Assembly: GCA_013265495.1 (NCBI GenBank)
Contig: MU058065.1
Span: 3,513,003 to 3,577,002, forward strand
DNA from: Vicugna vicugna
Taxonomy: Eukaryota
Length of the DNA stretch: 64,000 nt
Reading direction: 5' to 3'
Shown here: positions 13,626 through 28,699 of the stretch, piece by piece
Layout: the number at the start of each line of letters is the position of its first letter
Numbering within the stretch: position 1 is the first letter of the stretch
The notes under the pieces: model-generated
Told to the model about the DNA's origin: nothing
The model's input: only the letters and a program-made list of their open reading frames with translations
Database searches by the model: none
Translations under genes and position numbers: made by a program

Positions 13626-13915
13626 ATGTTTTCCTCCCACCCGGGTCCCTTGATATCTTGGCTATCTTTCCAGAGAGTTTGCATAAACAAGCAATTAAAT
13701 TTCTCTCTCTCTCTCACTCTTAAAAATAGTCTCTCCTCCTTTGCACAAGTGGTAGTCCACTGTAGAAACTATTCTGCACCTTGCTTCCCCCACCCCCACC
13801 TTCGAATAGACCTCTGCAGTCACTCCATGTCAGGATCTGAGGGTCTCCTCAGCCTGTTTGTGTAGCAGCATCGTACTCCATCCTACTGGCAAATGATGAT
13901 TCATTCAACAGCATT
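13626..13915 (-). mobile_element. Ancient L1ME-like 3' UTR fragment, interrupted by the SINE
   Basis: Degenerate motifs such as tattctgcaccttgctt and gcagcatcgtactccat resemble old L1M 3' ends. Confidence 0.4.
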
Positions 13916-16900
13916 TAGAGTGTTTCTGCCCTAACAGCACCATTTGGCACATGTGTGAGTTTATTTGTAAAATAATTCCACTGCGGGAGAGGCAAAGGGA
14001 ATGGCATCTGTGATTTTGATAGCTTTGGTGGATTGGGTTCTGCATTGGGAACAAACGGTGGAGAAATGCTTAGCAAACATGGAGTGTGTGCATGTTTGCC
14101 TGTGGCCACCTGCACGAGAAAAATGAGACACTTCCTTCTACCACTGTACGTTGGTAGGGGCATAGGTTTTGAAATTTCTGCTAAGGAAGCTCCTCTAATA
14201 TTCTGGTATTTCTCTAAACGGGACATTCTCTAAATCCAAGGAGAGCTTTTTGCTTTGCCTTATTGGTTCCTCTTTTTATTCTTTTTATTTTTTTCGTATC
14301 TATTGCTTATTTCACTTCACCTCCATCAAAAATGGTACATGAATTTAAGCATTTTGACTTCTTTTTCTTTCTGTGCTGAAAAAGTGATGGCTAGCTTTAG
14401 AGCTATTCAGAGACAACTTATTCTGATTGTTTAGTTACAAAAAAGAAATTGTCTTTCAGGGTTACCAAGTTAGGTTTGAATGAGTACGAGTGCAGATTAT
14501 GAATAATAAAACATAGTTTGTATTCCTAACTTTTGAAAAGTGGTGGTCTGATGCTCTTGGGATTTCTTGAGTTCGGGAAAGACTAGTTTTTAATTTTATG
14601 AACTTTTAGGGGGATGTATGCATTCCCTTATAGGCACAAAAGACTTCTTATGTTTTTGCACATACCTTGCCTCCCTCAGATCATTTCAACCTATTTTCCC
14701 TTAAATCTGATGCTCAGGAATTCAGTTGTTGATGCTGCTGAGTACCTGGCTTACCTAAGCTGGAAGTTCAAGTCTACAAAGTGAGCCAGAAAGAACTGTG
14801 CTCCAACTACTGAGAAAAACAACCCTCTCCAATCTCCCCTGAGAAACCTGGAGCTGTGAACACCAACAAATATTATAAAATCAATGTTTCAAGTCTTTCC
14901 TTCTTAGGACTGGGCCTTTCAGAAACAGGAGAACAAGTTTGGGGCTAAGGATTTACTTTTGAAAATCAAAATCTTGATTCGGTTTTAAAAAATAACGGAA
15001 AAACAGAAACAAGTCTTCTTTCTTGACTGTTCCCGCAGCCAGCCTCACAGCGTGTAGCGCTGTTCTACAGGGCACGAGGCAGGAAGGCGTGCTCTCCTAA
15101 CGCCAGAACTTTTGTCTGTGCTTCAACAGAAACAGCTAGCTGGATGCCTTGGGTTCTCTTTCTGCTTCTCCTCTGACTTATGGAAATCTAAAGGGATCAG
15201 TCAGGGATGTGAACAGGCTGGCATTTAGAGCATCTGTGAAGAGCTGAGAGGAATCAAAAGCGGCTCCCCCCCACTCACTACCTCCCAGCTCTGTGCATAA
15301 TTTGGATTGAATCAGACCCATAATTTGTGACATTTGATTACTACCTGCAAAAGTATGCAGCACTCCATGTAGGAAGGAGGGGCTTGGGAGAGTTAATCCC
15401 AACGAGGAAAATTGAGATTTGTCAAGTTGCTGTGATGTCCTCAACAGAAAGCTAGACCATATAAAGTAGGTGGGTTTCAAGTCCACATCAGCAGAGCAAC
15501 CAAACTTTCGATTCTCAACACACCGTCAGGCAGCCGTGCTGGTGTCCTCACACAGGTTCAGGGAGGGAGCAGGCAGAGACATTCTCTCGGGAATTGGCTG
15601 AATATCAGGGAGCAGGGGTTTCGGTGGGAGAGCTGTCCCTTCTCTTCTAATTTTTAGACCTGCAGCTTTTTAAAATAAAAAGAAACCCACGAATTCATTT
15701 GAGGGAAACACTTCAACTTTCCATTGCATGATTCCCAAGTGAATGGGATCTCAGGGTCTGGAATTGTTGGTTCTATTTTGGAAATTTGGGGGAACTTCTA
15801 ACATCCTCTCAGACCATTTCTAAAGGGGCCTTGGAGTTCGTTTCAGGAGGTCGCGGGAATAAATGAGGTCTCGTCACAGTGCCTCCGGGGAACCTACACT
15901 GCGCCAGGGCAGAATATGATTTGGGAAGCTATCCAGGGTGGAAACTTTCCAGGTGGTAGATTTGCTTGGCTTCTCCGCAGAAGGGGCACATCCGGGGCTT
16001 GAATGCACGCAACGCACATTTATCAGAGGGCAGTAGAAAGGCAGCTTCTATCGTTTCTTACTTGAAGCCAACCAATGTCTGCTTGTGGTCACTGGCCCTG
16101 CCAAGCTCTGACTACTTGCTGAATTTTTGTCTCAAACATGAAGGCAAACGGAGGGCTGAGGATTTAGCATCAGGTCAGAAATTGCAAAGAGCCTGACCTA
16201 AGAGTGCAGGCATGAGGGGGTGCCTAGGGTGTGGAAAGTGGCCCATTCTACAGGGAATCAGCTCCATGTAGAAGGCCAGGGTGGAAACTCAAGGCCTGGC
16301 CCACTTTGAATTCAGCTTCTGGGCTCTTGTCAGTGAACTGTTTGGGCTTTGACTCCTGTCTGTCGTCTTCCTGCCCGTGGAAAGTGTCAGCTGGGGTTTC
16401 TTGGGGGCACCCTGCGCACAAAGCCAGATGGGGACTAGGAAAGGCTACCTACCTCATCTTAGTGTCATCAGAGCCTCAAATAAGTGGTCAGAGAGTGTGG
16501 AAACACACAGAGCTTGTGCAGGTCAAGGTGCTCATTCCCTGGCACACCCTTGGGTCATGGGGTCTGTCCTTTTTAGAAAAATTGAAACTAAGCCACTAGA
16601 CAGGCTTTTCTTCCTAGTGCAGTAATAGCACATAACTTGGACACATAAGGAGCGGAACAATTTCCTTATTACAAAAGACAAATGACACAGAGAGCCAAAT
16701 TTGGTCTGAATCTTTGCTGGCTGGCTAACTTTCATCGTTTTATTGAATTATTGTAATTTAATGTTACGAGTTTAGAGTAACGATTTTTCCCCCCTGAAAT
16801 GAATCCTTTTTATTTATTTATTTTTAAAATTGGAAACCCAAATTAAATTTATTAGGAAAGACAATGACTATATTTCACAGGGACTTGGAAAACCCTTTTG

Positions 16901-19900
16901 GAAAAATTTTAGGAGACGGTCACTCAGACTGTAGTTTATAGGAAGCAATGTTACTGGAACAAGTTGGGTTTTTTTGGACAGGGATGTTTGAAAATCTTCC
17001 TGCCTGCCATCCTCCTTTCCTAAACCCTTTGAAAATGTTTTCCTCACTTTCCTTTCACAAAGGGTTCTATGAGCTGACTTTAGGTAAAAAGAGGGAGGTC
17101 AGCCTTAGCTGCTTTCCTGTCTCCTTACCTATCTCCCCTCCCCATCCTGCTTCTGCCTGGCTTATCCTCCCCTTGTGCACCCCAACTCCACACGCACACA
17201 TATACCATTGCTTCCACTGAGCCTTACCTCTCTCACATTGATCCTACCTCTTAAGGATATTTTCAGTTTCCAAAAGGCACCTGGCACATGGAGGAATGAA
17301 TCCCTAGTGGCAGAATTCCAGGTAGCCACATAGGAAATCTTTTGAGTGAGGGCAAGAGATAGATTTCTGATGCCCCTCAAATCACACCCCTGTTCATCCC
17401 AGCTTCACCATGAATGGGCAGAACCAGTTCCGCACTGAGGAGGCTCCTTGCTGGTGAGCACACTCTGCCATGGCGTGGTACCCCACTGAGCTCTCCAGGA
17501 TGAGGCAGGTGAGGCCAAGAGCGTTCTCCCCTGTAGGGAGATTTTCCACACTTCCAGGATGCCACGGAAGGGCCTCAGCTTGTGTCCTTTGGGCTTCCTG
17601 GCAACAAGCAAGGCCAGAAGAAAGACATACAGGATCTGTTCTGGCTTAGAGCCATGGACAGGGAGGGCGCTGTGGGGCCCATCTTGCCTCAGAGCTCAAA
17701 ACCTTCCCAAGGAGCAGATATCTGATCTGAGTGTCGGTGCTTCTTGTGGTGGCTGGATCATTGTCAGAGGTCAGAAGAAGTGAGGCTCTCTTCCACAAAA
17801 GGAGTAGGGCCTGGGGCTGGGTAGCATTCATGATGGACCCACTGGCTAGGAGAGCTTCTGGAAAGTGCTCTGAAGTCTGAAAGACTTCCAGGAGTCTTCT
17901 GGAAAGCCAGAGGCTCTTGGACTCTCAGTACTGGGGTTCTGGAGAGCTTTAGAAACACGTTGCTTTGGAGGATGTAAGCCATGAGGTTTCCATTCACCTG
18001 CAATTTATGGGGCTCAGAGACAGCCTGCTGTGTTTGTGGACTCTGATGATCTTGGATTCCTGCTAAGCCCCCAAAGTTGGCACTTAGACTTGATTGATGC
18101 TTTGTAAGTATTAGATAACAACCAGGGATACAAGCTTCTAGAAACAGCCCCATCTCCCCCAGGCCCTCTCAGGTGGAGAATGAAAGAGGAGCCCTTGGCA
18201 GAGGTGGGCTTACCACGGAGCTAAGGAACACTTAGTTCCAGGGCCCCTCATCTGTGTGCTTGCCTTTCAGAGGCACTCCTGAAATTATAAAAGCCTTTAG
18301 GTCCCTCAAAACTGTGTCTACCCTTGTCCCCATTCAGTTTAGGGTGGGAAAGGCAGAGTGAGGAGACATGGGCTCCCTGTGCATGGAGTATGGGCTTGGC
18401 ATGGCCGTGAGTGACAGCAAAATTCTGCCATTACTGCTACTGATAATAAAGTCAATTACCCTCCACTTGTGTCTTGGACTTTGGAGCTTCCAAGTTGATG
18501 CTTTCTGATTTCCCGCGCCTTATCTCGTTCACTTACAGAGTCAAAGCCTTGGTCTGGCAATCCAGGGCTGCTGAGAATTTATCCATGCGGCCCTCATGAT
18601 ACACAACATGCTCAGTCCTTGAAAGGATCCCCTTAAAGGGATCACAGACTGAGTCCTCACAAGAAGATGAGGGACCTCTCGTCCAGTCCCTGGATGTGGC
18701 CAGATGGGTAAGGCCCTTAATTCTGGGGGCCCTTTCCCTCAGCTGTCAAGGCTGCATTAAGCAATTTTTAGGTGTTTCTCGTAGGTCTCTGAAACTATCT
18801 CTGTGACCAGGCTGCTTTCCTTCTCCGGACCTCATTCTCCTTTCCTCTGAAAAACGGGATCGTTGGTCAAGAAGGCTACCATCTCCCCTACGTCTGGCAG
18901 TCTGTGGCAGCTGCAGCCATGTCCTGCTCTCAGTGGACTTTTGAAAGCCCCAGACAGCTGTTTGAGCAAACAGTGGGGCTTCCAGGCAGTTGGGGTATCG
19001 GCGCAAGAATGGGGAAGCCTGTGGCCCCTCAATGCCTTAGAAGGTGAGCAGCTCCCACCGGTCTTGTCTCTAGAGAGAAGGATGCCCTTCGTGATGGAAT
19101 AGTGAGGGTGGGGACTTGCTGTGCCATTGAGAAGGTGGACACGTTGGCTCTTCCCCATCCAGGTGGGGAAATGCATGCTTTCTTGCACCCCATCATAGCT
19201 GTGGTTCCAGATGAGGCTGGAAAGGCCTGGGGGTTTTGGTTAGAGAACTTCTCCTTGAGTTAGAGTTGCTTAAGCAGGACGGTAACATCCTTCTTTCAAA
19301 TCATCTGTGTCCAGAGAGGGACACATGAGATTTCTGGTAAGTGATGAGGTCAAAGCTAGAAACTGTCTGGGCTTGAGGAGAGAATCAGACAATGGTGCAT
19401 TCACTTCATCTGATTCTGCTGTCATAACTTAAACTTAAATTAGCTCCCTCACTAACAGTTCTCAGAAACTGAATCAATCAGATAAACAAGATTTTTTTTC
19501 TTGACTGTGATTTAAAATAAATGCATATACACTTACAAATAAAAAATCGTATTTGAATCATTTAAGAATTTCCACGTAAAACAGAGTTTGTGAGAAAACC
19601 CGTAAAGATTACATAAGGGATAATTCCAAATCTGAAAACTTTAATTTTTTCCCTGAGGACTTTGCTATGAAGTATTTTCGAAACTTGGAGAGAACATAAG
19701 AAATATTTTTTTCTGTGTTACATTGAAAACAATTCAAGGCAAGATGTCACAGCCTAACAAGAGGAGATTTTAATAATTTTCCCCCTCACTTTTTTACTCT
19801 TATTTTTGTTGAGGAAAATTATTTCAAAAGCCAACATCTACTAGATATCAATTTTTTAATATGTATTCTGAAAACAATGATTCATTCAAATGCTGCAGTC

Positions 19901-22900
19901 CTTAGTCACAAAGATCAAATGATAAAATTGCCAATGTAAAATGAATTGTGAAAAGTCATTTTTTTTTTTGGTTTGAGGAATTCCTAGAGCATATAAAATA
20001 GCCAATCTAATATTTACATGCATAATTTTTCTTATTCATCTGATATCAGCGGCTCAAATTTTGTTGTAGTTTTTCAAAATCTTAAGCAAATAGATTTACG
20101 GAAACATATGTAAGCCAATACTGCTACACAATATCTACCCATCTTAAAAAGTAGAAGCTGAACATTATGAAATGAGAACATCAGGAAGAGAAAACTATAC
20201 CCCTTTATACGTTCCGAATAATAAGCACTACTGCTTACCATACGAAAGAGTTTGTTTCTGTTTTTCTTAGTGATTATTCCGTACTCAGATCAAATGTATT
20301 GCAGTTTTGAACTTTGAATCGCAAATTAAAAATTTTATTTGATAGGAAAGTCACCACTTGACCTATAGATTAAAGAAGAAATCTGATCTCAGCTACTTTT
20401 AGTCAACATTAGAAGTTTAGTTGAGTAACCGCGTACAAACAAAATAATTCAGGTCAATGCTGCCCCTTTACCATACGCATAAGCAAACCTCTGACTTACA
20501 CTGACGTATGAATTGGGTTCCAGCAGGTTTGAAGAAGTTGAATTTGTGAGCATTATGGCAGTCATTTGTTTAACAGAGTTTGAATAGCAAGATAACCGTA
20601 TAACTTTTAAAACAGCAGGCATTTATAATGCTTTGCCAAGTTTGGGGTGGTGAGCAGTATTTGATCTGAATATTTTATTTCCTTTACTTATTTTTTTTGC
20701 ATGTTTTCTTAGGGAAGTGCTAGTTGAGATTCGAAGAAGACTTGTTATTCTGTTTAACTATATAAAAACATTAAAATATTTTAGGGAATGCAAAAATACA
20801 TATGCTTCAGGTTAAAATATTGAGACATCTTGGATATTTTAATAACATTTCCAATATGAAGTAGCAAAAGCAGACTTTTTTTTTTTTTAAATTCCTTTAT
20901 ACAAGAGGTTACATTTGCTGGTTAAAGTAATTTGAACACATTGGAAGGACACTTCAACTTTCTGTTGGTGAGACATTCACTGTTTTCCATGCTGCAATTA
21001 AAAGAAGTGTTTTTTTATTTATAGGTAGAGTACCACGATGATTATTTTTATAACTGTTCAGAGGGATAATTTTGAAAAGTCAGTGTGAATGCAAATTTAT
21101 ACACATTGAAGAAAATGAGATCAACAAATGCTAAAACTAAACTGTAAAATGACATTCTGTAATATAAAGTAAACATACATTCCACTTAAAGTAGTTATAT
21201 TAATAATACTTAAAGACTTTGTTCTGTAATTCAATTTGGATGTTTGAGATTAAAATTATCCCTTTAGAATTTGGAGAAATTGAAACTTGCTTTTGCAAGG
21301 AGAGGCAACAGCAGAGCAGAATTTATTCTAGACAGTACTTATTCCAAACATTCTTCAAACGCTAAGGATTTTGTATATTTTACTTCATAAGTCCTTTGTG
21401 AAGTTGATTTCTCACATTAAGATCAAAAAGGTAATTCCCCTAGAAACCAAAGGAAAAAAAAACAACCCAAACCCCCACCAAACACCAAATTCACTTGTAG
21501 GGCAGATTACAATTTAGATTTGCTTTTATTCAAATGATAAGAATTTTGTAATGAAGGAAGTGAACTGAGCAACAAATTCAAGGAATTATAGCACCTACTT
21601 TGCTATACTGTGGTTGAATTTTTATTCTATTATAGTCCCAAGAGCTGTCAAATTACCTAAAGGGGACAATGAGCTTCCTCAACAGAAAAACAGAAAAAGA
21701 AAAAAGAAAATTACCCAGAGATGCTGCAACTTACAAAACAATTGTTCCTGCTAAGCTTCATGAAGCTTAAATACAATTGAATATTAATTCTATCAGACCT
21801 AGTTGACTTAAAAGCCAGGATGGATCAGGAGCTGATTTTTGGCATTCCTTCATTTTTCCACTCTTTTGTTCACTTGACACACAGCTTTTATACACTGGCT
21901 TTGCGGGAACCACGGGCGTGATCTCCAAACAATCTGTTGGAGGGGGAAAGCGCTCCTCCAACCAGCAGCCAGAGTTTTAATTAAATACTGTGCATCCTGT
22001 CCATCTCAAACAGCTGAAGAAATAGCTGTTGGCGTAAAGGTACCAATGAACTTATGTTCTTTGGCGCTAATAGGGCAAAGAACCTTCTTGGTGGTTTTAA
22101 AAAGAACCCTGAAATAACACCTCCCCCCAAATCATGTGATGATTATTTTTTAACTTAAGAAGAATCACAGCAAAGCAACAGTCTGGTTCTGCGGCCCTTG
22201 ACTCTGTGTCACGTTGTAAAGGCTATGCAGGTTGAAGAAATTATTTTGTTTATTAATTCAGGTTACATGTCCTGCCGGGCTGGCTGGAAGAGAAAGGAAA
22301 GAGAGGTGTAACTTTTAAGCACACACTGATTTGTTCTTATTACATAACAAAAGTCTATTTCTTTATCATGTTATCATTCAGTTAATAAAAATTAGCTACA
22401 ATAACAGCGTCAACTTAAAAACCCCTCAAAGTCCAGGGGATTTTCTTTCACAATGAACATGAATACTGTTCAGAAATACAAACAGTCAAAGGATAACTTT
22501 AGGTCTGAAAGAGAAACCTGGCAAGGGTAATTGAATAAGCCTGGGTCCCTTGACTGTGTCATGGTGAGGGCAGTCAACATGTCATAATTAGGTTTATTGA
22601 GGGCCATTCCAACAATCTGCTTCTATTCTTCCTGCCTTATTGTCCACAGCTAGGCAAATAGCCAAGGGACAAAAGGAATCAAGTGCTGACAAAACATGAA
22701 AGAGGAAAAAGATTTAGCTGCTTTTATCAAAGAAACTGAGAAGGACTTTGTGTAAATAAAATAAGTGACTGGCCATCCTGCATTGAGGCAATGCCGTTTT
22801 CATTAGAATTAATTCTTGACATATTGGAAGAGTTCCAAGGGAAGGATTTCTACTTCTGACAAGTTTAATTTGTAAATTAAAAACAGTTGGTTAAACATGA

Positions 22901-25900
22901 GCCTCCATCAACAAAACTTAACCAAAGCCATACACGGCAAAGGGCTAAGCAGGTGAAAAAGAGAATTACTTTGAAAACAAAGTCTTCCCCAAAATTATGC
23001 AAATTCTTATTACTTCATAACAAATGTTTCCCATTGAAGCCTACAGCAGGATGTCTGCTCAGAGAGGTTTGTTTAGATCACATTTTCTTCCCCTCTAAGC
23101 CTCTTTAGTTGACATAACACTTACTTCAGGCTCGGGCACCGCGCTGGTTCTTGGGAGAAGTGACAGTACAGAACATTTTAAAAGAAGTCAAGCTAATACC
23201 ACTGTTGTAAGTCTACAAATTTCAGGACAGCTCGCTCTGCTTTTTCTTCGTGGAAGGGGAGAGCTCCTTCCAAGTGTGCTTTTGGTTCCCAACCGGGATC
23301 AACAGCAGAGGCTACTAGGTATGGTGCGTTTCCTGAACCAAGTAATCCTCATACCCCAGGTCCGTGTCGTCTGGGCGGAGGGCTGCGTGCGATGCCGGCA
23401 GCGTTCTGGTTATGACTTGGTGACACAGAGAAAGTGAAAGCCTCCAGGAGAGAGATTCAGCCAGCCTCTGGACAAGGCTTTCTTTTAAGTCTAGACAGCC
23501 CTTTAATAAAACAGCTGTTTGTGAAGTTGGAGTACCTTTCCTGTTGCTTTTTTTTCCCCCCAGCTTGCAGGTTAAGCTTCAGAGAGGGGTCTTTTACATG
23601 GACCTGAATTTCAGAAGCTGCAAATAAGAAGGTGGCTGGAAAAGAGAAGGCTATCATGAACAATTTGTCTCTTGGGAATACAGAGGTTACTTGGGTATCG
23701 AGTGCCCCTTAGTTTTATTGAGAGTTACATAAGAAATAAGAAACCTATTATTTGGGTCATTTTAGTGACTAGGCTGTTCAGATTTAAAAACTTCATGTTG
23801 CTTTACTTCACCTGACATCAAGGCATGTTAGAGATTTATATTGCCTTATTATTCCTTGGTGCTTAAAATTAAAGTAAAAAAATTTTTTTATCTCAAAGAA
23901 TCATATAATTCCATCAGACAGTGGGTATGAAAAATACTTCAGGAAGACCAAAGCCCTGGACAAATGCAGGATGTAGCCAGCATCATCAGCATTAGCACTG
24001 ATATTATGGCTGCGTTTGAATGGAGCTTATCACCGGTTGTATTTAAATGACTGCAGCATCCTGGGGAAGCACTGAAGTACACGCTCTGAACATTCGTCTT
24101 GCGGCTCATTAAGCTGGTTCTGCAGCCTCTTAAAGTTTCTTCCACTTGTGGATTTTGGTAAAGAAACCACAGCACATTGGACTGCTGATCTAGTTCTGCA
24201 CCAGATATAACTGTGGCTTTTGTGAAGGGTTTTGGAGTTAAAAGACTTTACTTTTTGGCCCCAGTTCAATCTCTAACTAGCTGTGTGATGAAGGGAAGCT
24301 CGCTAGCCGTTCTGAGCTGGATTCTTCCAAAGTGGGGGTGGTACTAACTTGCTCCATAACCTCAGAGGATGGTTGTGATGTTTCAGTCGCCCTGAACACA
24401 TTTGAAATTCCGAACAAATATTAAGTATTATTTCCTTATAATCTGCCCTTTGCTTTCATATTTGGTGAAACAAGATTTGATAGCTGATTGATTTGTTTTA
24501 ATGCTTTCTTAGAGTACAGTTTAACAAGAATAAAGTGGCTCTTCCTGTGGTCAGTCCAAAACACCCTGAAATAATTCCATACCCAGGTCATACGGCACCT
24601 AGTTGCTGGGATAACATTGCTTTATTATAAAGCAGCACACTGGTGCCCATCTAGTGGAAAAGTGGTATGGGAGAAACTGCATTTAAGGGCTTTGGGCAAA
24701 GTAAGTCTTTTGATTTCCACATTGTTCTGATGCCCGTTGGCTCATGTCACAAGATTGGAAGTCCCAGCAGGGCAGGAAGGAGTTTCTCTGGACGGAGTTG
24801 GAGATTTATGCAGATTGGCTGCCTCTCTGACATTTATTTGCTGCCCTTTCTCACTCTTATTTTGGCAACTGTGAACCAGATGGACAAGCTCATGGAAAAT
24901 AAGGCCAGTGAAGAGAAGATGCTTTTAACTTCTTCAAAGATAAGGGAGAACGCTTTCTTTCTCTCTTTCTTTTAACACAGCAATGGCAATTTTATGTGCA
25001 CGAATTCAAAACTGGCAAGTAAGTCACTTTTGGAGACTGGATGAACATTTGAACAAGGACCTTCCTTGTTACGTCATTGAGAGTAACATAAACTCTGTTT
25101 ACCAAGGCATTCGCTGGAGAGAAATGTCCAGGCGATGGTCCAAATGTTGTGTCTACCAGAGGCCAACCATCTACTTTGTAGCTGGGCACCAAGAATGTTG
25201 TCTGAGCTTTAGCTCAGATGATAATTCAGCAGGACTGAAATCCTTCCTTAATCACCAACCTCTCCGAAAGGAGAATGATGAAGAGGGAAAGCATGGCTTA
25301 CTGTTTCACTCTGTAATCATTTATGATTTGAGCTGTATTTTACCTTACGATGACCTCTGGTGCTGTTAGTAGACTTGTTCTATGCTTGGCAGCTATCGTA
25401 TTATGGGGGACAAGGAAGACAGTGGCCGCTCAATGGTGATTTCTCTGGCAGAAACAGAAAATATGGCCTTCGTGCATAAAAAACTACTGAGATATGGCTT
25501 ACTATTTTAGACCCAAATGAAATTCTCGGTACTGAAAGAGTTAGTGAAGAATCAATAATTGAAGCACAAATGTCCGTATCGAAAGTAATTATGTCTTGTG
25601 CGCTAGGACTTTTTTTTTTTTTGTGGAAAGTTACATTTCTTTCCTGTATTTTAAAATCATAACCTTGTCCCTCTGTTGCGTTACCCATGGTGCAAAATTT
25701 CAGACAGAAAATACTTCATCTCTGGCGTGTTGCTGAACCCTGTCCTTGGAATTTCAATGTTGAAATGTGGGATTAAAAATGGTGAATGGATTTGCTAATT
25801 AGGTGCAGCTTTCCTTTCTTTTTCTTTTCTTTTCTTTTTTTTTTTTTGTAAGGGAAGTGTGATGGGGGGGGTGCGGCTCCCGATTTTCGTCTTATTATTT

Positions 25901-28699
25901 ATCGTACGTTGTCGTTGTCTGTAGACGTTTTCTTTTATTTGTTTACTCTTGTTTGTTTGAACTAATCACTACTTAAGGAAAAGTCCTCTGGGGACGGCCT
26001 CCTCTTCCCGAAGCCTGGAGCTGCGGTGACCGCTCAGGCATAAAAACGTGCTTATCTGCAAATGAATGGTAGCTCTTTGCTTCATTAAAGCCCCTTTCTC
26101 TTTTGGCACTCGCATTGTGACCCTTTGATATTAATTCAAAGGGCAATTAAAGAATGCGGCCCATCTTTGAAGTAAGGCATTCAGGGCCAGGGTAGGGATG
26201 AACCTGGGCCTCTGATGGACTGTGTGTATTCAACAGGCCTTTTCAAGACAGTTTGAAGTGAGTCAAAGAAAATGGGCAGGAGAAGGTCAAAGAGAAAAAA
26301 AGGGCTAAAGAAACAGTCTGTATTTGTTCGGAGTATTAGCCAAGCAAACTGCAAATAGCAACAAAATGAAACAGTTAATAGAGCAGCCAGACAGAGCCAT
26401 GTCAATCACTTAACTTGAACAGCATTAGGCCTACGCAGCTCCGTCCACTGTGTTACCTAATTATCTTGGGAAAGGCAGTAACTGGAAGTAATGGTATTGT
26501 ATTTCTTTCTGCTTACTGCCCAGAAAAGGTGATAAATACTCACTGTTCCATAATTATGCAACATATATACATAAAGGAGGAGGAAGGGGTGGGAGGGGGC
26601 TGGAGTGGGGCGGGGGCCCACAGTGAAGTTGTGTTCCTAGTAAAAGGACCAAATATGGCACAAATATGGCATTTTCAAACATCAGCATGCTGGAGAATCA
26701 CTTAACTCGTTTCATCTGGAGCTGGCTGAAATATGCATGATTTCCCCTTTAACAACCCTTAAAGACAAACATGTTTACCCATGCAAGAAAGTTCTTTTTC
26801 AGAAAAAAAAAATTAGCCTGCAAAAGCTGTGCTCAAATAATATGAAGGATTGGGCTGCGTCCCCTGCCTCCATGGAAACTGAGTGAAGCCGCACTCAGAT
26901 CCTAGCTTTCCCCATCCCGCCAGGCTGTTGACACACCCTAGCGGGGTGGCGAGGTGGCCAGAAAGTCCTCCCCCACAGGGCGAGGAGCACCCAACCGGAT
27001 TCGTTTCTATTTGTGTGGTTTGGACGAATATTTTTGGATTCCACTTTTCTTGGTCATCATAAGACACAAAAGAACAGAATCAGCCATCCGCTTCTTTGAC
27101 CGTGTGCGCAAACTGATTTTAAAAAGATTTCCAACTCCCTCGGGGGTATATAGGTAAGAGAGGGGAAAACCCCTAGCACCCTTAGGACTGTCTGCAGATA
27201 GGTTGAACTTGTCTCTGAATTGCAAAATGTGGCCGCCTGTTAAAGGGGCCCATGAGGACTCTATTCAGATCCTTTGCAACATGGCCTGTTGCAGATTGTT
27301 GTTTGATGTTGGGTTTGTGCATAATGGGTTTTGTTTGGAGGGACAGTAATAGATCTGAAATATCTGTTACACAGCTTTTGGACATACTGTTCCAGAATGC
27401 GTCTATTAATATAACAGTTTCTGCCTTTGTAAAAAGTCCATTATTGAACTAAGTACTCAATTCCTCTGCATTTTAACACACCCATCGTGCACTGGCTCTT
27501 GAAATCTTTCTTCCTAAGAAAAAAAAACAAAACCAAACCCAAAACCAAAACCAAAATTCAGGGGGAATTGTATACAAAGCTAGTAAAACAAATTATATAG
27601 TTAATTTTTGAACATATTAATAACTTCAACTATTTAGTAGAACCAATGCATAAATACTCTCTCCTGCTCTGTTTAATACCTCATAGGTCAGAACAATGTT
27701 GGAGGGGCTAACAGGCATTTCTATGTGGAAACAAAGGTAGCAGAACAGTAGCTACTTAAGGACCTGGAATTTCAGTGAATCTGCCAATTTCCTTAGGTGT
27801 CCTGTCTTGGAGACAAGTACCACAAAATACCCTAACTAATAATAAAAACTTAGTTAAATAGTAATTATCAAATAAAGGAAAACTCAGGCAATAGAATAAT
27901 CTAGGACATTTTCCCCAGCAGTAACCACGGAAACTTTTCCACTTATAGAAAGAGGCCCTTTTTTTTCACACTAATTTGAAAAATTGTTTTATTTTAGTTT
28001 TAAAATTATGGAGCTCATTTTAATGTTCTTTTTAGGATGACTAAAAACCATAGTATCTGGAAATATTTAAGAAATGTCCATGATCTTGGAATACTGAAAA
28101 TATTGACATCATTTTCAGGTCAAAATCAGCTCCAGGTAGGAAGAAAGACTGGGAGCATTTTTGTTTTTCTTTCTGTTCTTCCTAATCCTGGGTAATTTGA
28201 AAGTTTCCACCAACTTTTACCCTTCTAGCCTCTGTTTCCCACACAAACCCCAAATTTCTGTTGCAAGAAGTGAAGGCTGGGGAACAGTGGAGGGGAAGGA
28301 CAATTTCGGTTCCCTTTGGTCTCCCATGTTAATGTTGCCCATCTTGCTGAACTCAGAATTGTGTGCAATCTCGAGGTGAGACTGTGTTTCTGAAGTCAAG
28401 ATAAATTTTATCATTTGCCCTGCCTGTACCTTGGAGAATTTGTACTGAGATGGCTGAATCTAGCTTAGAAAGCAGTGTTATAGTTATTACACTTGTAGCT
28501 CCTGCTACATTCAGGTTCAGTGCCATATCCTTTCACAGGTTTACAATGTAGCAAACCCCATTCTGTCATCCCCTAAGCTGCTTCTTAGAAGTCCACAAAG
28601 AATTCCTGGAATCTATCTGTATGATCTTTGGGATCTCATGGTTTTTGGGATTCTTCCAAATCAGAATTTATCCTTGGATCAAAAATCAGTCCTTCAAAG

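Noticed and set aside
21010..21030. Possible recursive splice site ttttttatttatag|gtagag
   Set aside because: Weak regenerated donor; expected by chance in AT-rich intron.
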